From Ostrea edulis (Eukaryota): DNA of 64,000 nucleotides. The stretch lies in NCBI RefSeq assembly GCF_947568905.1, contig NC_079164.1, forward strand, positions 39,060,001 to 39,124,000, written 5' to 3'. A program made the translations under genes and the position numbers. The notes under the pieces were generated by a model, which saw only the letters and a program-made list of their open reading frames with translations, searched no databases and was not told the DNA's origin. Position 1 is the first letter of the stretch; each line of letters begins with the position of its first letter. This document shows, piece after piece, positions 48,176 through 61,383 of this stretch.

Positions 48176-51100
48176 TTTATTATTTCGTATCAGAGTAATT
48201 GAATTTTAGGCTATGAATTTATATTAGGTCATGTTCTTACAAAATTTTGCATTTTATATATACAATTCTGGCAAATAATATTTTTACTGCATTATATTGA
48301 AATATACAATTCGTGTATGGTGCATTATCTGAGTGTAGACTGGATAATTATTTGTATTTATCTAACAATTCTGTTGTAAACCAATCATAACTATAACTGA
48401 ATTGTCACAATTGACTATTGGGTTTATGCAATATATTTTGTGAAAAGTTGAATACCAGTTTATGTACAGACTTTATTTAGTGCTGATTGTGCAGTCATTG
48501 ATGTTTCAGTATTACATTGTTACAGTTACGACAACCATTTAATGGTCTACATCTGTAAATATAGTGCTGTATGATACATGTGTTGTGATTAGTGTATACA
48601 GGAGGAAGGTTATCTGATTAATCTCATGAGAAAGCTTACAGTCTTAAGGTAGTACCAGATAGATATGTAAAATTTCCCTCAAAGTTCAATTTTTTGGAAA
48701 CTTTTAATATTTTGTTCTAAGGAACAAAACCTCTTGCTTTGCATGGTATAAAGGAAATTCTAGCTGTCTTATCCTTTTTTTTCTCCACATAGTTTCAAAT
48801 ATAGGGTATGAGACCCCAGTTATAAGAGTAGGGAATTAAACATTTGTGATAAGAATGTGCCCTATGTAGAAATTATCTACAGAGATTTTACAAAAATTAA
48901 TACTATACTTTTTTTGAAACTGACCTATTTGGTGCTGAATCTCAACAAAATATATTGTAATTGAAATGTTTGTGTACACCACAATGTACATTATTACATG
49001 GCTTATCAACAGCAAATCTTATAAAAATGCTAATTTGTGTGAAGATCTCTAAAAAGGAAATGCATAATTCAAATTAAAAAAAAAATCAACATACTAAAGG
49101 AACATTTTAATGATACAGAAATTGATATACAGATGTACATGTATTTTAGAATAAAGAAAATTCATCCTAGGATTTGGGATATTTTGGACCTTTTTAGAAA
49201 ATTTCATTAGGAAAAAAATTGACACATTCAGCAGATGACATCATCATTACATTTGACCTTGACCTTCATTATGTTTTCAGACAAAAGTCTAGACTGCTTT
49301 TAAAAAATACATGTGTCCAAATTTCAGATCTCTACTTGCTATGCAACAAAAGATATACAATATTATTTTATCATAGACAGTTACTTGTAAATCTCACAAT
49401 TTGAAAGACGGAATAATATTGCATTAACATTTAGACTCCCAGACTTCCAATATATTGGATGTCTCCAACATTTTTCACAATACACAAAATACATGTCGTG
49501 TATTATATAAGTTTGTGCAGAACATCATCAAATATTATTATGATGGAGATTTCACTTATTAATTTAAGGAATTTAGGATATTGGTGAAAACTGATTTTAC
49601 AGGTGTTTGGTACTATCTTAATTGGACCAGCTTCACGTATTAATTTTATATTCCTACACTCGAGAAGATCTGATTTTAATTTGATTAGATAGATATGTAG
49701 ACATTTGAAATGTCAGTGCTTTTTTGTGCCTCAATCTCATACATGTAAAATTTCTGTATTTATTTGAGTAAAGGAAGATGATGCAACCAGAAATTACAAT
49801 GCATATATTGCGAGTGACCGAGGTCAGACGGGGGATGGTCTCACAGATCAGAGAAAAGCAGTCTGAAGGTCACAGGTCTAATGATATTTATACATGTAAG
49901 GATTCACAACATCTGCACTTAATGATCACAATCAAAGGATTAGAATCTCATTTGATATTTATATAATTAGTTACATATATAATATGTATATACAAAAATG
50001 TACATGTATTTGATGTATATGCACTGTATATAATGAGTGTGCACTCCTTGGGATTTGTTAATGGGCAGTCACTGTGGTAGATTTTAATGGTGTATTTGCA
50101 TATTGTATCTCAAATCATACGAAATGTAATTTAAAACATGTATGATATCTAAATGACAGATTATTAATAACCCTCAGTCTCTACTTGATATTTACATCTA
50201 TTTTCAACTTTAATGATAACGATCCTCATGAAATTTTTGTCATGGTTGAAACAGATTATATCACATATCATGCATTTGATATATTCTACATTTTATTGCA
50301 TATCATTGTGGATTTTAAGTACTTGCAAACATACGTGAAGGCTTTACAATGTGAACTGGTTGTGGTTTGAATTAGAAGGAAGGACAAGGTGTACATCAAA
50401 TGCAGCGTGTTTAATGCATCTGTGTTATGTATTTACTCTGGATGATTTAACAGAGATGAGAAATAATGATCAACGAAATTGTGTTGCGGTAAACTGGCTG
50501 TTGACGTTAGATGAAATACTGTGTGAACAGAAGCTTAGCCTCTGATTTCCGTGTATCCAGTGTGGATTTTGTGAACTTGAGTTTGATTTTCAGTTTGTTT
50601 ACTGTCATTATACATAGGAAATAGTGGCTTCCATCATTGTTGTATGAAAATCTACATTTTAAGGCTTTTTTAGTTCATGTTTTTTCACTTCAAAGATTTT
50701 CATATAATTATTTAGGCATGTACGTCTTATTACCGGTATATAAAAGGACATTCGCGACATTTAATTTCTCGTAATTTTTTTTCCATCTCCTCGATATGAA
50801 GAGTTCTTGTATGATTTATGAAATAGGTTTAATTTTATATTGTAGCAATATTACCACTTGTTGTATATTGTCGTGGGTACATGTAGCTCAGTGGTTAGCT
50901 CACCTAACTATATAGTAATGAAAGTGTCCTGGGTTCCATCTCCAATTTTTCCAAAGATTTTTTCCCCTTCTTTGCGACAATAACTAGTATTCAAGAAGTC
51001 ATCATTATATTCATGTGGAATAAAAAAAACAGACCATGCAGCTTTTCCTCCGATTTTGATAGATTTCATATTGTGTGCAAGTCTCGGGAGCCACTTTTCC

Positions 51101-51467
51101 CTGCATTACCAGCTTGCTTTTTGTTGTTGTATATGTTAGAGACATGTGCATTGTAACACTGTTCCTGTGTTGATTTTGTTTACAACTTCATCCCAGATGA
51201 AGTTATTAAAGAATGATGTTTTATTTAATAAACAGTCATGCAAATTAATTTTGAGTTTATTTTCACATGTAGTGCAATGCACTGTTAAAGGTCTTTAATC
51301 CTTGTCTTTACACTAGATATTGCAAACTAGCAAGCTTAGGTTGGTCCTTGGCCTAACTTAAATAAATACATTGTAGATCAAATGACCCAATAAAAACAGA
51401 TGGGAAATAAAGCTTATCAAATGAAGCAGTTGGAGAAATCTCCATTTTCTTCCTCCTCATTCCAATG

Positions 51468-51666
51468 TAATATTGTTAGTTTTCCCTCCCTTTACGGGCC
51501 TCTGTGTCGTACCTGGTTGATAATATTCACCTTTATGGGCCTCCATGTTGACCTGGTTGGTAAATATTGTTAGTCCCCCCCCCCTTTACGGGCCTATGTG
51601 TCGGACCTGGTTGGTAATATTGTTAGTTTCCTCCCCTTTACTGGCCTCCCTGTTGACTTGGTTGGT
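51468..51666. repeat. About 50-bp tandem repeat, 4 copies
   Basis: aatattgttagt..ccctttacgggcct..gacctggttggt. Confidence 0.85.
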
Positions 51667-52795
51667 ATATGCATCCATAGTAAACATGAGCAGAGCAAGA
51701 ATCCCTTTGTATAATGTCTTGCAAACTCCAATTTTCATAATTTAAAATGCTGTGGACTCTGACAGTGGGTACATTACTATAGAATCCAACCGTTTTGTCT
51801 TGGATTCCCATGTCCCAGTTAGACCTACTCTCCTGTTACAAGACATTAACCCTCATCATGAACTGTTACAAGACATTTTACCCCTGTGATTGATGGTATT
51901 GTGCGACTAACACATGTACAGATTACCACTGACCATCAAAATCTGAAATCATGAATTTTTGTGGAGGTAAAACTTCTGTTGAATTTGTGGTCAAGTCCAG
52001 ATTATTCATTAAATGGAATGACTAAGAATATAACAATTCACCTCCTGTCTTGCACAGAATAAAAATTTCTAAACCTGCTAGTTTTCTTAAAAGTCTCAAA
52101 TCATGAGAATTTAATCTCCTGAGTTAACAGAAGACATTATTTTCCTGGTAATCCTACATCAGCCGTACACAAAATATTTCGTTATAAACAAATCCGAGAT
52201 AGTTTTATTTTCAATTTTGTTTAATAATTCATTATAATATGACCATGTAAATTGACTAGCCAATCTTCCTCAACAAAAAAAATTTATTCTACAAAAGAAA
52301 AAAAAAAGTTTGCATAGTGAAATGCATATATTTTCCACACAACCATTTTCATTAAACATGAAAATCAAATGCATAATTCAAAAATAATAGGAGAGAGCTA
52401 AAATAGACTGAACCTGTTGTTCAGACCCACACTGTTTCTTCTGAATAGAATAAATATTGTTGAGCTAAATATACCTTTAATTTTCAACAACCAGAAATGG
52501 GCATCTCACAGTTATGGTGAACAACCAATATACTGTACATGTACTTATTAGTATCAGTATTTTCAATACTGGTAAAAGACATTGGCAACTTTGAAAAAAA
52601 CACACCATAAAATGAATCAATTTTAAAAAAAATCATGTTAATTATCCCTGAATTTATATTTCTGAATTAATCCTAAATCTAATCTACACAACCAATTTAT
52701 TTTAGTGTCACTAGGATGACCATGTCACTTGATAAAACTATGTCAACAGAAATTCACGGCTGAAAATGCAAGTACTGGAACACAGCAATATAACT

Positions 52796-53090
52796 GAGTG
52801 AATCAAAGAATTTGAAGGTGTTGGGAGTGGATCAAAGAATTTAAAGGTGTCAGTGGATCAACAGTTCTAAAAGGTGTTGTGAATGGATCAACAGATCTAA
52901 AAGGTGTTGTGAGTGAATCAAAGAATTTAAAAGGTGTTGGGAAGGAATCAAAGAATTTAAAAGGTGTTGTGAATGGATCAACAGATCTAAAAGGTGCAGT
53001 GAATGGATAAACAGATATAAAGGTGCAATGAATGGAAAAACGGATCTATAAGGTGCAGTGAATGGATCAATAGATCTAAAAGGTGCTGTG
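52796..53090. repeat. 30-bp tandem repeat, about 10 copies
   Basis: gaatggatcaacagatctaaaaggtgttgt. Confidence 0.9.
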
Positions 53091-53734
53091 ACCCAAGTGA
53101 GTGGATGTATCATAAAAATATATATGCACCACAAATATATATATGCACCACTTAAAAGAAACCTTTGAACAATTCACAAAGCAAAAGGACAGCATATTAG
53201 TAAAAAAAAATTTGAATGCAACAAACAGTTCTTCATGATTTGCATTGACTTTATAACTTAATTTCACTTGTACAAGGAAATTTGATTGATTGATTTGACT
53301 TTATCAATATTTCTTACATAATAAAAACAAAGTTGTCATTAAGTTGCACCATATGAATTAGGAATTATGTCACACTGCGTTTGGCTTCTCTGTTTCCATT
53401 GTTGCTATGGCAATATTGCTCTTTCATACAAAATTAAAACTCTCTTTAAGATTATTCATTAAATGCAGTTTACTTAATTGAATTGTAAAGAATGCAAGTA
53501 ATTTCTACTCATTCTGTGTGTTATAAAAGTAAATTTTCATAATTTATTCTTTTTTACAAACTGTGAAGGACTTGCATTACCTTCATTCCTTAAATACATG
53601 TACTAAATAATGCCTCCGGTAAACAAAAACCCCTATCACATTCACAAAACTATACATAAGTTAACATTATCAAGTGGAAATGGACGGTAGTCTGGAGTCA
53701 TTGGAGTGTGTCTGACCTTACAAAATGTTACACA

Positions 53735-54090
53735 ACACAGAATATTCAAATCACAAAATTCAATGATCTGATCACTAAAACTCTTAAAACAGAACACCGA
53801 ATATTCAAATCACAAGATTCAACAATGTGGTCACTAAAACTCTTAAATAGAACACTGAATATACAAATCACAAAAATTTGATGATCTGGTCGCTAAAACT
53901 CTTGAACAGAAGACGAAATATTCAAACCACAAGATTCAGTGATTACGTCAATAAAACTCTTAATCAGAACATAGAAAAAACAAATCACATCACTCAATGA
54001 TCTGGTCACTGAAAATATTTAAACAGAACACAGAACATTCAAAGTCACATGTATACAAACAATGGTCTAGTCACTAAAATACTTAAACAG
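53735..54090. repeat. About 60-bp tandem repeat, about 6 copies
   Basis: gaatattcaaatcacaa..tgatctggtcactaaaactcttaaacagaac. Confidence 0.85.
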
Positions 54091-54597
54091 GTGTAAACAA
54101 ATTATAAATAATAGTGTTCAGCATTGGTGCATTAATACCAACAATAATATTGGAATTCAAGTGTGTGAAAATAGATTACATTTATGTATGTTGATAAACT
54201 TTGGAATCATAGGCAAACCACACAAATTACATCATAAAACCTTGATGTGGAGCAATGTCCAGATCAAAAATAATGCATACATGTATATCCAAATTTAAAA
54301 ACAGACATATTAATGCACAATACTTTTAAGCAATGCTTTTATAGTATTTTTCCATGAATTATCATAAAATTTTGAGATTCACAAAGACTTTCTACATCTT
54401 GAATCCACCTTTACATTCACAACTACCAAAACAATGTTAATGTGTTGTATATAACACATATGTATGGTACACGTACATATTATGACTGAAACATTTCACG
54501 CTTTAACAACGCCCCCTTCAGGGGATGTTGGGCCAACAGTCAAACATGGCAAGGAATGGAAACAGTTCAAGGTGATGAACAAGTGAACAGACTAAAC

Positions 54598-54662
54598 TTA
54601 GACATTGCAGCATTTCATTGACTTCTTTTTCTTCTCCTCATATAGATCATTCTTCTCCATCT
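54598..54662 (-). CDS. RAB34/RAB36: Rab34/36 last coding exon (9)
   Basis: ctgtttcag| (K)MEKNDLYEEKKKKSMKCCNV*; basic patch plus CCXX prenylation motif. Confidence 0.88.
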
Positions 54663-54708
54663 CTGAAACAGGGAAACAGACTGTCAGTGGACATGTTACA
54701 AAAGAATC

Positions 54709-55090
54709 TTACTATTCCTCCACTTCAGCACAGTTTTGTTATCCTCCAATGCAACTCCTCAGAAACAGCTCAACAGATTTTGTTAAAATTTTGTATATTT
54801 TTAATCCCCATATGTAGTTGATCGTACTGATCGCCAATTTGATTAAACTTTTACAGGAGTTATGGAACTTTGTACATGCTACACTATAGGAACACTTTGT
54901 GGATCCAACTCCTCGGAAACCACTCAACGGATTTTGTTCAAATTGTGTAGGATTGTTAGTCACAATATCTAGTTCATCATATAACACCAACATTTTGATT
55001 ATACAATTTTTACAGGAGTTATGGGACATTTGCGCTTCAACTTTTTTTCTGAGGCGGCAGAGGGCATGTGGCTACGCGTAGTAATCTTGT
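54709..55090 (+). mobile_element. Short HINE-like element with two about 155-bp repeats in the last Rab intron
   Basis: ttactattcctccac start; repeated caactcctc.gaaac..ctcaac.gattttgtt..ttttacaggagttatgg; terminal hairpin ctacgcgtag then tcttgt. Confidence 0.55.
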
Positions 55091-55295
55091 ATGTGATTCA
55101 AGGAAAATTGAACTAATCTGTTATCATACATGTACAACAAGTGAAAAACGATAAATTTCTATCCAAAGTTGTCAATTGTACCTCATAAACAGGTAGTGGA
55201 GATACCAACAACTCTGGAGATTGTATAACGACTCGCACATCTACAGATACAAATTGTAAGTTGTTCCTTCTTTCTTTACTAATGCATATACTCAC

Positions 55296-55412
55296 TAATT
55301 AAGTCGTTTCCAATCTGTTTAGTTTGTGTTGGAGAGTATTCCAACTCCCGCAGCACAGCCTTCTCAAATGTCAGACACACAACCCGGAAAAAGTAGTCAT
55401 TTACGTTCTCTC
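55296..55412 (-). CDS. RAB34/RAB36: Rab34/36 exon 8
   Basis: gctgtttacag| (G)ENVNDYFFRVVCLTFEKAVLRELEYSPTQTKQIGNDLI |gtgagt; phases 1/1. Confidence 0.9.
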
Positions 55413-56070
55413 CTGTAAACAGCAAAAGAAGGAATGAAATGCGTGGAAGCCTTAACTGTTACACTTAGTAAGAATCAGGGGCACTTCAAGGATACTTAGT
55501 GGGTGGGGATAGGAATGTGTCTTGAAGGTAGAGGGTCTGCAAACAGTCGCAAGTTCCGTTAGTTCATACAGCAAAGTTACGGGGCTCTAATCGTTCTAAA
55601 TCTTTGAAATACAGTTCATTAAGTGAGTACAAATGTTACGATTTTTTTTCTATCTTTTCTATTTTGATTTTCCTGGTGGTAAAGTACAAACTGCTTAAAT
55701 TCAAAATCCATCTTTTTACCCCTGACTTTTACTGTCAGTCAATCTGATATTCAATATTCAAGACATGAGTTTTTGTAATTTGAAACCCTGAAAATATGAG
55801 GTCCTGAGTCCAAGGAAATGTTGGCATGATATAAAACTGTCACTGCATTGACCAATTAAGAAAAATATAAGAGGAATTCTGAATTTGCCACTACAAAAAC
55901 CAATAATCCAGACCTACATTTTATAGCTGGCAAGAAGGGATTCTATACAAGAAAATTCTGGCAGTGACTGTACACTTCAGTAGTGTTGTACCTGAGTAAT
56001 GGACACTGCGTGTACTACTGTCACACTACATTGTACTTGCAACAGATCTAGAACCATATACTTTACTTAC

Positions 56071-56161
56071 CTGACTTTGAAGACACCGCCCAGTACTCTG
56101 CCCCCAGGGTCCTGGATATTTCAGCAGCTCGTCTTTCTACATTATCATAGGCAGCAGGGGA
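56071..56161 (-). CDS. RAB34/RAB36: Rab34/36 exon 7
   Basis: ttttgttgtag| SPAAYDNVERRAAEISRTLGAEYWAVSSKS G|gtaagt; G5 motif; phases 0/1. Confidence 0.9.
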
Positions 56162-56295
56162 CTACAACAAAACTTCTGTTAGCATGATACTAGATGTGTG
56201 AAATAAGCTGTAACAGAACTCCTGTTGGCATGATACTAAAAATGAGAAATCAGTTGTAACAGAACTTGGCATGATACTAAAAGTGTACAATAAGT
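56162..56295. repeat. Three 46-bp copies of the exon 7 acceptor region
   Basis: aaca.aact.ctgtt.gcatgatacta repeated at 46-nt spacing. Confidence 0.85.
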
Positions 56296-56530
56296 CGTTT
56301 ATTTGCATTCAAAAAGTTTTGCCAATTTATTTTGCCTTTTAGATCAAGATCTTTTTCAATCTTTCTTTTTTTTGCTATTTGAAATTTCAGTACTGTGTAT
56401 TTTGATTCCACTACAGATGTATGCATATCACTTTTGGGAGAAATATCCAAGTTTCCATCTGTAGTTGTATGAGAGATTATGCATGTATTTAAGAGTTCAA
56501 ATCTGTAATATTCACATGAAGAATTTTTAC

Positions 56531-56658
56531 CAATTTGTCTTTCTTTGTGCCAACCAGAAACTTGACAGGTTCGTCTGCATTTTCACATGCATCCGCCATC
56601 CAGCGAGAGGCATTTGTCAATGATCGCTCATCGCTAAGGTCAAAGACTACCATGACAA
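56531..56658 (-). CDS. RAB34/RAB36: Rab34/36 exon 6
   Basis: ttgccgtttag| (V)VMVVFDLSDERSLTNASRWMADACENADEPVKFLVGTKKDKL |gtaaaa; G4 motif TKKD. Confidence 0.9.
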
Positions 56659-56749
56659 CTAAACGGCAAAGACAAAAAATTAACTGTGGCGTAACGTTTG
56701 GAATAATTACAACTGTGAATCTGAAGTCAATCTGTCATTAAACTGTTAC

Positions 56750-56814
56750 CATTAGTTCCTCTATAATACGAGGCTGCTATGCATTTGAATCTCTCCTGTC
56801 CAGCTGTGTCCCAA
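56750..56814 (-). CDS. RAB34/RAB36: Rab34/36 exon 5
   Basis: ttgttgacag| WDTAGQERFKCIAASYYRGTN G|gtaaca; G3 motif. Confidence 0.93.
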
Positions 56815-57843
56815 CTGTCAACAAATAAACAATTACATAAAGTGAGTTCAAATCTTCAAGAAAAAGAGGTATTTCATGTGTCAGTGTAATGCAAAGAGAC
56901 TCCCAGAATGAACTTTATCATCAATTTATTGATACCATAAAGTCCCATGTTATTCAAATGAGAAGTCATGATGAGAATTGTACACCGTGTCAGCCCATAA
57001 AATTTCACAAACATTGAAGAGAGAACTTATGTACATGTGGTGATGGTATGGAAGAAAAACTCCTGACCATAAGAGATGTCATAAAAATGTGAAACCATTT
57101 AAAAATTGTAACAAAAAAAATCTTTGCAAGACCTTATATGGACTTTTCCATCTTGGATCCCCTTGCCTATGGTGGTCCCCCAAACCCTCGTCTTTTTCAA
57201 GGTTTTACTTTACTCACTTTACTTCATGAAGTGTGTCAGCACTTCATGAAAAAGTATGCCAGCATGAGGTATTGAAGATCATGTCAAAAACGAAATTCAA
57301 TTCTTATACATGTACATATATAAATTCTACATTTTATGTCTGTCAGAATTTCCAGCCCTTAAAATAATGTAGTATTTATCAAGTAGTTCTGTATTTATAT
57401 GTGATTTTTTTTTCCAACTGCAGTGCATTCATGAAGAAATATTCATCATAAAGATTACAAAAAATATCAAAGGCAAAAATATTGGAAATGTAAATATACA
57501 TGTACGAGTTTTAATCAAGTAGCATCAACAGTTTCTTGGAGATGGATAATTTAGAAAACTTTATCCTACTGTTGTCTGCTTTCTGAGAGACCAGCAAAGC
57601 CAGGCTATCACAGCAGGATTAACAGCTCCACAGAGACAATTCTTTTCAACACAGTAAACCAACTTTTATTTGTTCATGATTTATGAGTGATGAATTGATC
57701 TAGAGACGTTTTTGCAGAAGGATGCAATTTTCACAAAACAATTTTCACAAAATGACACTCTTAACAAATTTCATTAAAAAAATTCCATCAAAACTTTACA
57801 AATCCAAACAAAACTTCCGATGGGTCATTTCAAAGTCCCTTTG

Positions 57844-57977
57844 CCTCTACTGCGATATTATCGTTGTTTTTACTTTGATACTTACGTCTGGAGAGTAAAG
57901 GGAACAGAGACCTCTACTGTGATATTATCGTTGTTTTTACTTTGATACTTACATCTGGAGAGTAAAGGGAACAGAGA
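57844..57977. repeat. 67-bp tandem duplication spanning the exon 4 end and donor
   Basis: 57844-57910 and 57911-57977 differ at two positions. Confidence 0.95.
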
Positions 57978-58054
57978 GGATTGAGAATTTCTCCACTTCA
58001 AAGTCCACTCCTATAGTAGCCTTGTAGTCACGATCAAAGGCATCATGGCAAAAT
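57953..58054 (-). CDS. RAB34/RAB36: Rab34/36 exon 4
   Basis: ttttaaaacag| (R)FCHDAFDRDYKATIGVDFEVEKFSILSVPFTLQ(I) |gtaagt; switch I sequence YKATIGVDF. Confidence 0.93.
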
Positions 58055-58156
58055 CTGTTTTAAAAGCACATTGTTATTTTAATACTGCATGTTTCATACA
58101 GGCAAGAATGATAAAATAGAATTTCATGAATAGATTAATTTACTTCAAATTAATGA

Positions 58157-58652
58157 AACAAGAGTACCAGACACAGTACAACATACGCTCGTTAGACCTT
58201 CAGTGCTGTATCTGTATCAATGGTGAGAAAATGTCCAGAAAACTATTTGACCTACTTTTAGCCCTAAAGTAGGCCATGGTGCACCAATCAAGGTAAAATG
58301 TAAACTGATTGTGTACATGTATTTCTCTGACAGGGAGGTTATGACAAAATTTAAAGGGCAATACCTCTACTCATGACCAAAAGAAATCTGGAAAACGAAA
58401 ACAAAGTATTCCTACTAAGTGATACTACGACCTTGACCTCTGACCTTGAAAAACAAAAGGTGTCCCCCATTTGAGATGAGGAGTATGTGTACCAAATTTG
58501 ACGGTCCTAGCCCATCATGATGATAAAATGTACCAAGTTGTAAGATCCTGGAGATTACAGTTCATTTTGCCTACAAGGTCCAGATAGACAGACAGCACAA
58601 ACAACGCTATATCATAATAGAATACATCCCGTCTTAGACGGGTGTATAAAAA
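58157..58652 (-). mobile_element. Diverged HINE of the same family as 13324-14722
   Basis: aacaagagtacc..catacgctcgt end, one gccctaaagtaggccatggtgcaccaatc monomer, and cccgtcttagacgggtgtataaaa end. Confidence 0.7.
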
Positions 58653-58795
58653 ATTAAAAATATGGTACAATTCAAGTAGATAAAACAAGCATCATGAAAC
58701 TAATTGCAGATTACATTTTTTCTTTGATGATCATTATAATAATTCCGTGATAAAGAAGCTAGATCTTGATGTATATTAATCATTGTTCAACTTAC

Positions 58796-58861
58796 CTGTT
58801 TACTAAGCTGGTTTTTCCTACAGAAACGTCTCCTACTAACACAGCTTTACAAATTTTTAAA
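58796..58861 (-). CDS. RAB34/RAB36: Rab34/36 exon 3
   Basis: ttttattccag| LKICKAVLVGDVSVGKTSLVN(R) |gtaagt; P-loop. Confidence 0.93.
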
Positions 58862-59221
58862 CTGGAATAAAATAAATTTATAATTATTTGCATTCAATAT
58901 ATCATTATCAAATTAATGTTGTTTGTACTTTCCCAATCAATTCAAATTTCTATGTCATGTTTTTTTTTACACTACCAATCCCATGTGGGGGAAAAAATTG
59001 GTGCCTTTCCCTAAATTGTCTAAACTTGCAACAGGTTTGCAGTCAAATGTAGAACTTTGAATACTATAGTTGTCCAAATTTGGAGTTTAAAAGTATTATC
59101 CAATTCAAACAGATTTATCACAATATCGTGTAATGGTCAGACCAGGTTGATTGCAGGTGACCAGTTGACTGGATATTCCAGAGCTCTGGAATTAGTATCA
59201 ATATCAATTGCAATTTACTTA

Positions 59222-59930
59222 CACAGCTCAGTGGTAGAGCGTCCACTTCATAACCAATAAGGTTATTAGTTTGAGCCCCACTTGTGCCATGACCGCGTCA
59301 AACCCAAGACATAAACATAGGTAGTGATTGCTTCTTCAACAAACACTCAGAATCACTGGTCTTTCGGATATGACCTTAAAAATGGAGGTCCCAGTCTATG
59401 CGAAAGACATCGGACCATACCGATGTGCAATACCTCAGGTCCAATGCATAATTTTTTTTACACCGGACCGGAATATCCGATGTTTCAGTGTCCGGTTTTG
59501 AGCTTTACTATTTTGATGCGGAGTCATTTAAATGTTTGTTATAAGTAAAAAATAGCACACAAATCCAAATATGTAAATGAATGTGATTAAAACCGCATGG
59601 ACTGTCTAAAGTATTATACGGAAGGGATCCCTGGTATAGTATTACATACTAGTATAATAAATAAGATTCCCTTGGTTTTGCATTTTCACGTGTTTCACTT
59701 TTTTATATTAGGTTTTTTGGTCTGACAAATTTGATTCAGTCCAGTGTGTTCATTGATTACACAGGACCGAATGTCCTGTGTGGTCCAAAAAACTTTCGCA
59801 TAGACTGAGGTCCCATGTCACGACAGGCATTGACATTTAAAAGAATCCTTGCTGGTATGACCCTGAATTTGTGGTACTTTACCTACAGCTGGTGATGTCT
59901 CAATTCAAGTAAAAACTCTCAAAGTGATGT
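59222..59930 (+). mobile_element. tRNA-derived SINE split by a MITE
   Basis: agctcagtggtagagcg head, body aaacccaagacataaa, resumes after the MITE at gaggtcccatgtcac. Confidence 0.75.
59392..59807. mobile_element. MITE with perfect 15-bp TIRs
   Basis: cagtctatgcgaaag ... ctttcgcatagactg. TSD is aggtcc (6 bp), or gaggtccc (8 bp) if the terminal C/G belong to the TSD. Confidence 0.88.
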
Positions 59931-59965
59931 ACGTTATACATGTATGTAAAACAATTAAAACTTAC

Positions 59966-60057
59966 CCAACTCGTCCTGTTTTGTTTTCTCCACAAGCTTG
60001 TCTCACTTTGGGGTGAAAGTTCATTTTCTGGTATGGAGTGGCATCAGGATGGAATGC
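59966..60057 (-). CDS. RAB34/RAB36: Rab34/36 exon 2
   Basis: gtaacctag| AFHPDATPYQKMNFHPKVRQACGENKTGRV(G) |gtaagt; resembles the Rab34/36 N-terminal extension (recalled human RAB34 DFHPRVTCAC...TGTVG). Confidence 0.88.
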
Positions 60058-61383
60058 CTAGGTTACAGATTAGCATGATTAAACCACAGAGTACAGAACT
60101 ATCTGATATGTATAACAAAAGCATCACAAACTGGTCACATTCACACATTGCACGCAATGCATTTCATACTTGCATTAATGACTGAAAATCATTGTGCCTA
60201 TGCATGACCTTTTAAATTAATATGTTCAACTTACAGAGCTATTGTTAGAGCAAACACAGCTACATGTACATGAGCGGATCCAGAAATTTTTCCCAGGGAA
60301 ACTCCTCAAACCATATCTAAACATTCAATTTCCGTTGAAGATCCGCAGCAAAAGTAGTAATATTGTCCAATCGTTTTGCACCTTTTGCTTTTGAACTTCA
60401 GTCAATTCAGTGCTGAACAACCATAATATGGTTGTCTAGTTTGAACTCGGAGGCTAATAGCTGGCGAAAATGAATCTGATCTGCCAAAATGGACGATCAA
60501 CATTCATTCAAATATTGTGAGGGTGACCACAAGTAGCTATATTTTAAACGGTAATTCTAAGTTGGACTGAAACCAATGCATAAAATCCAACGTGTCGTAA
60601 TGAAAGAAAATTGCATGGAGAAAATGGTGAAAGGTTAACATGGTTAACGACGGTGACCTAATTCTCAGCAGTCGGACTTCTTTTTTCAAAGTTTCTGTGA
60701 AGTCAGGTAAACGATTTATGTATTACAAAACAAAACAATATTCTGGCTTTCAACTAGGAGAACTTTTTATGCATTATCACGATTAATATCGAAGTTTGAA
60801 GAATTTGAAGCGAGTAACGGAGAATTAATGGCGGCTTTAACAGCTCCCTTCACTCTATATACTATATATACCAGTTTGCTCAGATTGTGTCAAAACCATG
60901 TGCTTCAACTCCTGATTTATATCTGCCACTGCTTCAGGTGTGACTTCAAAATGTAGACCATGGCGTCTCACATCTATCATCTTACCACTGTATTACATTT
61001 CGTTACACATTAGGCCTAATGCATAGGGGACCACAAGATAAGGATGAAACTGAGATAATCTATGCAAATTCTTGATTTTAGATTAATTAGATGTAACTTT
61101 ACAAGATCTCTGCCATTTGTAATGAGGAATTTCTCGGATTGGTGACCCAAAAAATTCTAGATGAATGTGCAGCTTCAGCACAGACTTTTTAGAATGCTTT
61201 AGTCATTAGAGCTCGCAGTACGAGACAGTGCAAATTGCTGGGTCACTGTGATACCAAAGAATTTTTTAAAAAAATATACCACCCTGCAAAAAAGAAAGAA
61301 AACGGAGAGAAAAAATACAAGAAAAGACTTTACATGCACCACTGTGTTACTATGTCCCATCCAACTCAATTGTGATGTTTTAC

